Part shown: positions 60,483 through 64,000 of the stretch, piece by piece
How the letters are laid out: each line of letters begins with the position of its first letter
Numbering within the stretch: position 1 is the first letter of the stretch
Assembly: GCA_038851755.1 (NCBI GenBank)
Contig: JAWCKR010000001.1
Location: forward strand, 1 to 64,000
DNA length: 64,000 nucleotides
Origin: Candidatus Hadarchaeales archaeon
GTDB taxonomy: Archaea > Hadarchaeota > Hadarchaeia > Hadarchaeales > WYZ-LMO6
Reading direction: 5' to 3'
Notes under the pieces: model-generated
What the model was told of the DNA's origin: nothing
What the model saw: the letters and a program-made list of their open reading frames with translations, nothing else
The model's database searches: none
Position numbers and translations under genes: made by a program

Positions 60483-63400
60483 TCAGGCCTTGTCCCGCAG
60501 CCTTATGCGGGCATCCAGGCAGAGGGACCTGAGCTCATCCAGCATCAGCTTGAAGGCATACGGCATCTCCACGGTGTAGATCTCCGACTCCTCCTCGCAG
60601 AAAGGACAGTAGGTCCTGCCCCTCCTCCTGTCATAAACGGCGAAGTGCCCGCACCTACCGCAGACCAAAGCGTCGAACTTGTCCGAGCTCTCCAAAAGCC
60701 TGTCCCTGAGCAGCCTGGCCGCGCCGTACCCTATCAGGCAGTCCCTCTCCATCTCCCCGAACCTGAGCCCCCCTTCCCTCGCCTTTCCCTCCGTGGGCTG
60801 GTGGGTGAGGACCTGAACAGGCCCCCTGGACCTCACGTGCACCTTGTCCGCCGCCATGTGGTGAAGCTTCTGGTAGTAGCAAACCCCTATGAAGATCTCT
60901 GCAGGAATCATCTCCCCGGTCATCCCGTTGTACATCACCTCCTTCCCCACGGGGTGGAAGCCCCTCTCCTTCAGCATCTCCCTGATCCTCTCCTCCGGCT
61001 CTCCCTCGAAGGTGGTGCCATCCACCTCCTTCCCCACCAGCGCGCCAGCCTTCCCCGCCACCATCTCCAGGAGCTGTCCTATCGACATCCTGGAGGGTAT
61101 GGCATGGGGGTTGATGATGAGGTCGGGGACGATGCCGCTCTCCGTGAAGGGCATATCCGCTCCGTCCATCACCAATCCCACCACTCCCTTTTGTCCATGC
61201 CTGGAGGCGAACTTGTCCCCCACTTCGGGTATCCTGAGACTCCTCACTCTAACCCTTGCCGCCCTGTTCCCTTCAGCCGTCATCACCAGATAAACCATGT
61301 CAGCTATTCCCTCTTCCCCCGGCTTTACCCTGATGGAACTCTCCCTCCTTCCCACCTCCATCTTTACCCCAAACTCGTCCGTTTCCTCGAAGAATCGTGG
61401 GGGACTGGTCCTACCTATCACCACATCCTCCACCACGAGCCTGGACTCCGGCTCCACTATTCCCTCCTCCCCGAGGCTGGCATAATGGGAGATGTCCGAG
61501 TACCCCCTGACTTCCTCGCTGGGTATCTCGAACTTGTCCCTCTGCCCACCGGAGTACCTTCCCTCCTCGGCCTCGTAGATGGTGAAGGAGGTGCTCCTTC
61601 CCAGTCCGCGGTCTATCGAATCCCTGTTGACTATGAGGGCATCCTCCATGTTGTAACCGCCGTAACATGCGATGGCCACCACCAGGTTCTGACCGCAGGG
61701 CCTCTCCCTGAATCCCAGGAGGTCCATCACCTTGGTCCCCACCAAGGGGCGCTGCGGATAGTGGAGGAAGTAGGCGTGAGTATCGGTTCTGGTGTGCATG
61801 CTCACGGAGAAAACCCCCAGGGCCTGCTTCGCCATGTTCGCCCCGTAGGTGTTGCGGGGTGACTGGTTGTGCTCGGCGTAGGGAATGAGGGAAGCGCTGC
61901 CACCCAGCATGGCTAGGGGGTGAAGCTCCAGATGGGTGTGCTCGGGGGTGAGCTCCTCGGGGTTGACCGCCACGTAGGTGTTCTCCTCCTCGTCCGCATC
62001 CAGGTACTCGACCACCCCGCTCCTGACGAGCTCGCTCCAGCTCATCCTGCCGCTCCTGAGCATCTCCAGGTGCTGATCGGTGACCAGGGGTTTGCCGTCC
62101 TTCACCACTATCAGGGGTCTCCGCACCCTTCCCGGATCGCACCAGACCGTTACCTCGTTGGTGTCCTTCTTGAACCTGACGTTAACCTGGTCGCTGAGCT
62201 CCCCCTTCCTCCTTCTCTCCCTTATCTCGTTGGCCAGCTTCTCCCCGTCCTCCACCGTGCCTATCACCCTCCCGTTGAGGAAGACCGCCACCCTGCCGCT
62301 GCGCTCACCTCCCTTCCTGATGGGAAAGACCCCTATCCCGTAGAGGGTCTTCTCCACCCTCCCCTCATCATCTCCCGTGGAGATTTCGGCGGTGAGGGCG
62401 AGGTTCTTCACCAGACCGCAATTGGGTCCCTCGGGAGTTTCCGACGGACATATCTTCCCCCAGTGGGTGGGGTGGAGGTCCCTAGCCTCGAAGTGCGGCT
62501 GGCTCCTGCTCAGCGGGGAGATGATCCTGCGAAGGTGCGAGAGGGTGGAGATGTAGTTGGTCCTGTCCAGGAGCTGGCTCACCCCCGTCCTCCCGCCGGG
62601 CCAGTTCCCGGTCGCGAGGGTGTGCCTGATCTGCTCGGTGAGGAGGTCCGCCCTGGCCGCCGTCCTGAGGTTGAGCTCCCTGCCCCTGGAGTGGGAGCGC
62701 TCCAGCTGATACTTGATGTCCTTTATGAGGTTGACGAGGGCCACCCTGAAGATGTTCTCCAGCATCTCCCCGCTCAGCTTCAGGCGCTTGTTCCCGTAGT
62801 GGTCCTTGTCGTCCACCCCCCTCCTGCCCAGGGAGAGCTCTATCACCCTCTCCACCATGCTGCCCAGGAAGTAGGCCTTGGCCAGCCTGTCCTCGGGGGA
62901 GGTGCCTATGTGGGGAAGGAGGTACTTGTCCAGGACCTCCTGCGCCCTCTGGAGCCTGTAGCTCTTCACCTGCCCTATGGCCACCCTCTTCCCTATCACG
63001 TCCAGCGCGTCCTTCTCCGTCTTTATCTCCACGCCCTCCGTCAGGTTCTCGAAGAGCTCCCTCACGATCTCCGGGTCATCGGAGACCGCCTCCACGATGT
63101 CCTTGTCCTTGACCAGGCCCAGGGCCCTCATCACCACGACCAGCGGCAGCTGCCCCGGGACAGAGGGGAAGGAAACCCGTATCAAGCCGTCCTTCTTGCG
63201 CTCCACCACCACCAGCGCGCGGAAGCCCCGGCGGCTGGAGAAAACCTTGGCCACCTCCACCCCCAGGCGCTCGTCCCTCTCCACCAGGATGGAGTTCGTG
63301 GCCAGATCATCCTGGATGACGATGACCCTCTCCGACCCGTTGATGATGAAGTATCCCCCCGGATCCATGGGATCCTCCCCCATGGCCACCAGCTCCTCCT

Positions 63401-63800
63401 CGCTCTTTCCGCGGAGGACACATATTTTGGACTTCAGCATCACGGGAATTTCCCCTATCATCACCGTCTGGGGGGGAGACTTCTGTCCCTTGGAGACGAT
63501 GCTCATCTCCAGGTGAAGAGGAGCCAGGTAGCTCATGTTGCGCATCCTGGCGATGTGAGGGGTAACCGTGGGGGGCCTCGAATAGGACCCGTCCGCCTCC
63601 CGGAACCAGGGTTCTCCCACCGTGATCTTGCCGAACTCTACATGGGTCCCCTCTATGTCCAGGTCTATCCCACCCACGTCGTCTATCACCCGCTGGAGGC
63701 CATTATCTATGAAATCGTTGTAAGAGTCCAGGTGCTGCCTGACCAGGCCCCTTTCCTTCAGGAAAGCCTCCACCAGAACCCATCGGTCCCGGAGCACCAA
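60483..63800 (-). CDS. rpoB: RNA polymerase subunit B (unsplit Rpo2)
   Basis: GYFIINGSE, ETPEGPNCGL, GDKFASRHGQKG, GGLRFGEMERD; 1105 aa. Confidence 0.97.
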   Translation of the reverse strand: MVLRDRWVLVEAFLKERGLVRQHLDSYNDFIDNGLQRVIDDVGGIDLDIEGTHVEFGKITVGEPWFREADGSYSRPPTVTPHIARMRNMSYLAPLHLEMSIVSKGQKSPPQTVMIGEIPVMLKSKICVLRGKSEEELVAMGEDPMDPGGYFIINGSERVIVIQDDLATNSILVERDERLGVEVAKVFSSRRGFRALVVVERKKDGLIRVSFPSVPGQLPLVVVMRALGLVKDKDIVEAVSDDPEIVRELFENLTEGVEIKTEKDALDVIGKRVAIGQVKSYRLQRAQEVLDKYLLPHIGTSPEDRLAKAYFLGSMVERVIELSLGRRGVDDKDHYGNKRLKLSGEMLENIFRVALVNLIKDIKYQLERSHSRGRELNLRTAARADLLTEQIRHTLATGNWPGGRTGVSQLLDRTNYISTLSHLRRIISPLSRSQPHFEARDLHPTHWGKICPSETPEGPNCGLVKNLALTAEISTGDDEGRVEKTLYGIGVFPIRKGGERSGRVAVFLNGRVIGTVEDGEKLANEIRERRRKGELSDQVNVRFKKDTNEVTVWCDPGRVRRPLIVVKDGKPLVTDQHLEMLRSGRMSWSELVRSGVVEYLDADEEENTYVAVNPEELTPEHTHLELHPLAMLGGSASLIPYAEHNQSPRNTYGANMAKQALGVFSVSMHTRTDTHAYFLHYPQRPLVGTKVMDLLGFRERPCGQNLVVAIACYGGYNMEDALIVNRDSIDRGLGRSTSFTIYEAEEGRYSGGQRDKFEIPSEEVRGYSDISHYASLGEEGIVEPESRLVVEDVVIGRTSPPRFFEETDEFGVKMEVGRRESSIRVKPGEEGIADMVYLVMTAEGNRAARVRVRSLRIPEVGDKFASRHGQKGVVGLVMDGADMPFTESGIVPDLIINPHAIPSRMSIGQLLEMVAGKAGALVGKEVDGTTFEGEPEERIREMLKERGFHPVGKEVMYNGMTGEMIPAEIFIGVCYYQKLHHMAADKVHVRSRGPVQVLTHQPTEGKAREGGLRFGEMERDCLIGYGAARLLRDRLLESSDKFDALVCGRCGHFAVYDRRRGRTYCPFCEEESEIYTVEMPYAFKLMLDELRSLCLDARIRLRDKA

Positions 63801-63804
63801 CCCC

Positions 63805-64000
63805 CTATCCCTCCACCACGTATCTGTACGCCACCGTTCTCCCTGCCGTGAAGCTCTCCCTCTTGATCTCCACGATATCCCCGGGCTTCGCCCCTATGAC
63901 CCTCGCCACCGGGTCTGAACTCTTCAGCAGGGGAAGCTGATGGGGCCTCACCCTGTACCTCTTCAGGACCTCTTCCCCCTCCTCCTTTGACAGTACTCTA
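63805..64000 (-). CDS. rpoH: RNA polymerase subunit H (Rpo5), 5' end outside the window
   Basis: Manual translation ...[44 protein letters not shown]; absent from the ORF track. Confidence 0.92.
   Translation of the reverse strand, partial: RVLSKEEGEEVLKRYRVRPHQLPLLKSSDPVARVIGAKPGDIVEIKRESFTAGRTVAYRYVVEG

Overview
GC-rich, gene-dense archaeal chromosomal segment. GatD/GatE, short PurA, split RpoA'/A'', unsplit RpoB, L30e, aEF-1A, Tsr3 and Sec61beta mark it as archaeal; a Hadarchaeia-like lineage is plausible but is inference only. It is mostly housekeeping: Moco, DNA repair, gatDE, glmS, purA, GlyRS, thi4, tRNA-Ser(TGA) and the rpoH to rps10 superoperon. Most notable: (1) a divergent catabolic cluster at about 35.7-45.7 kb, where a four-subunit benzoyl-CoA-reductase/2-hydroxyacyl-CoA-dehydratase-like set is co-operonic with a small 4-Cys protein, a truncated acetyl-CoA-synthase-beta-like protein and a CooC/AcsF ATPase, opposite a saccharopine-dehydrogenase-like / form IV RuBisCO-like / FGGY kinase operon; (2) a class III ribonucleotide reductase with two LAGLIDADG inteins carrying extra HTH or Zn-ribbon inserts, facing a wHTH-SocA/Panacea-like gene across palindromic operator-like sites; (3) a ribosomal uS10 with an in-frame 21-codon insertion that duplicates its conserved GPIPLP motif; (4) apparent CTG initiation of purA and possibly tsr3. 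No CRISPR array, rRNA, transposase or integrase was seen. All family calls are from motif recognition; no database searches were run.
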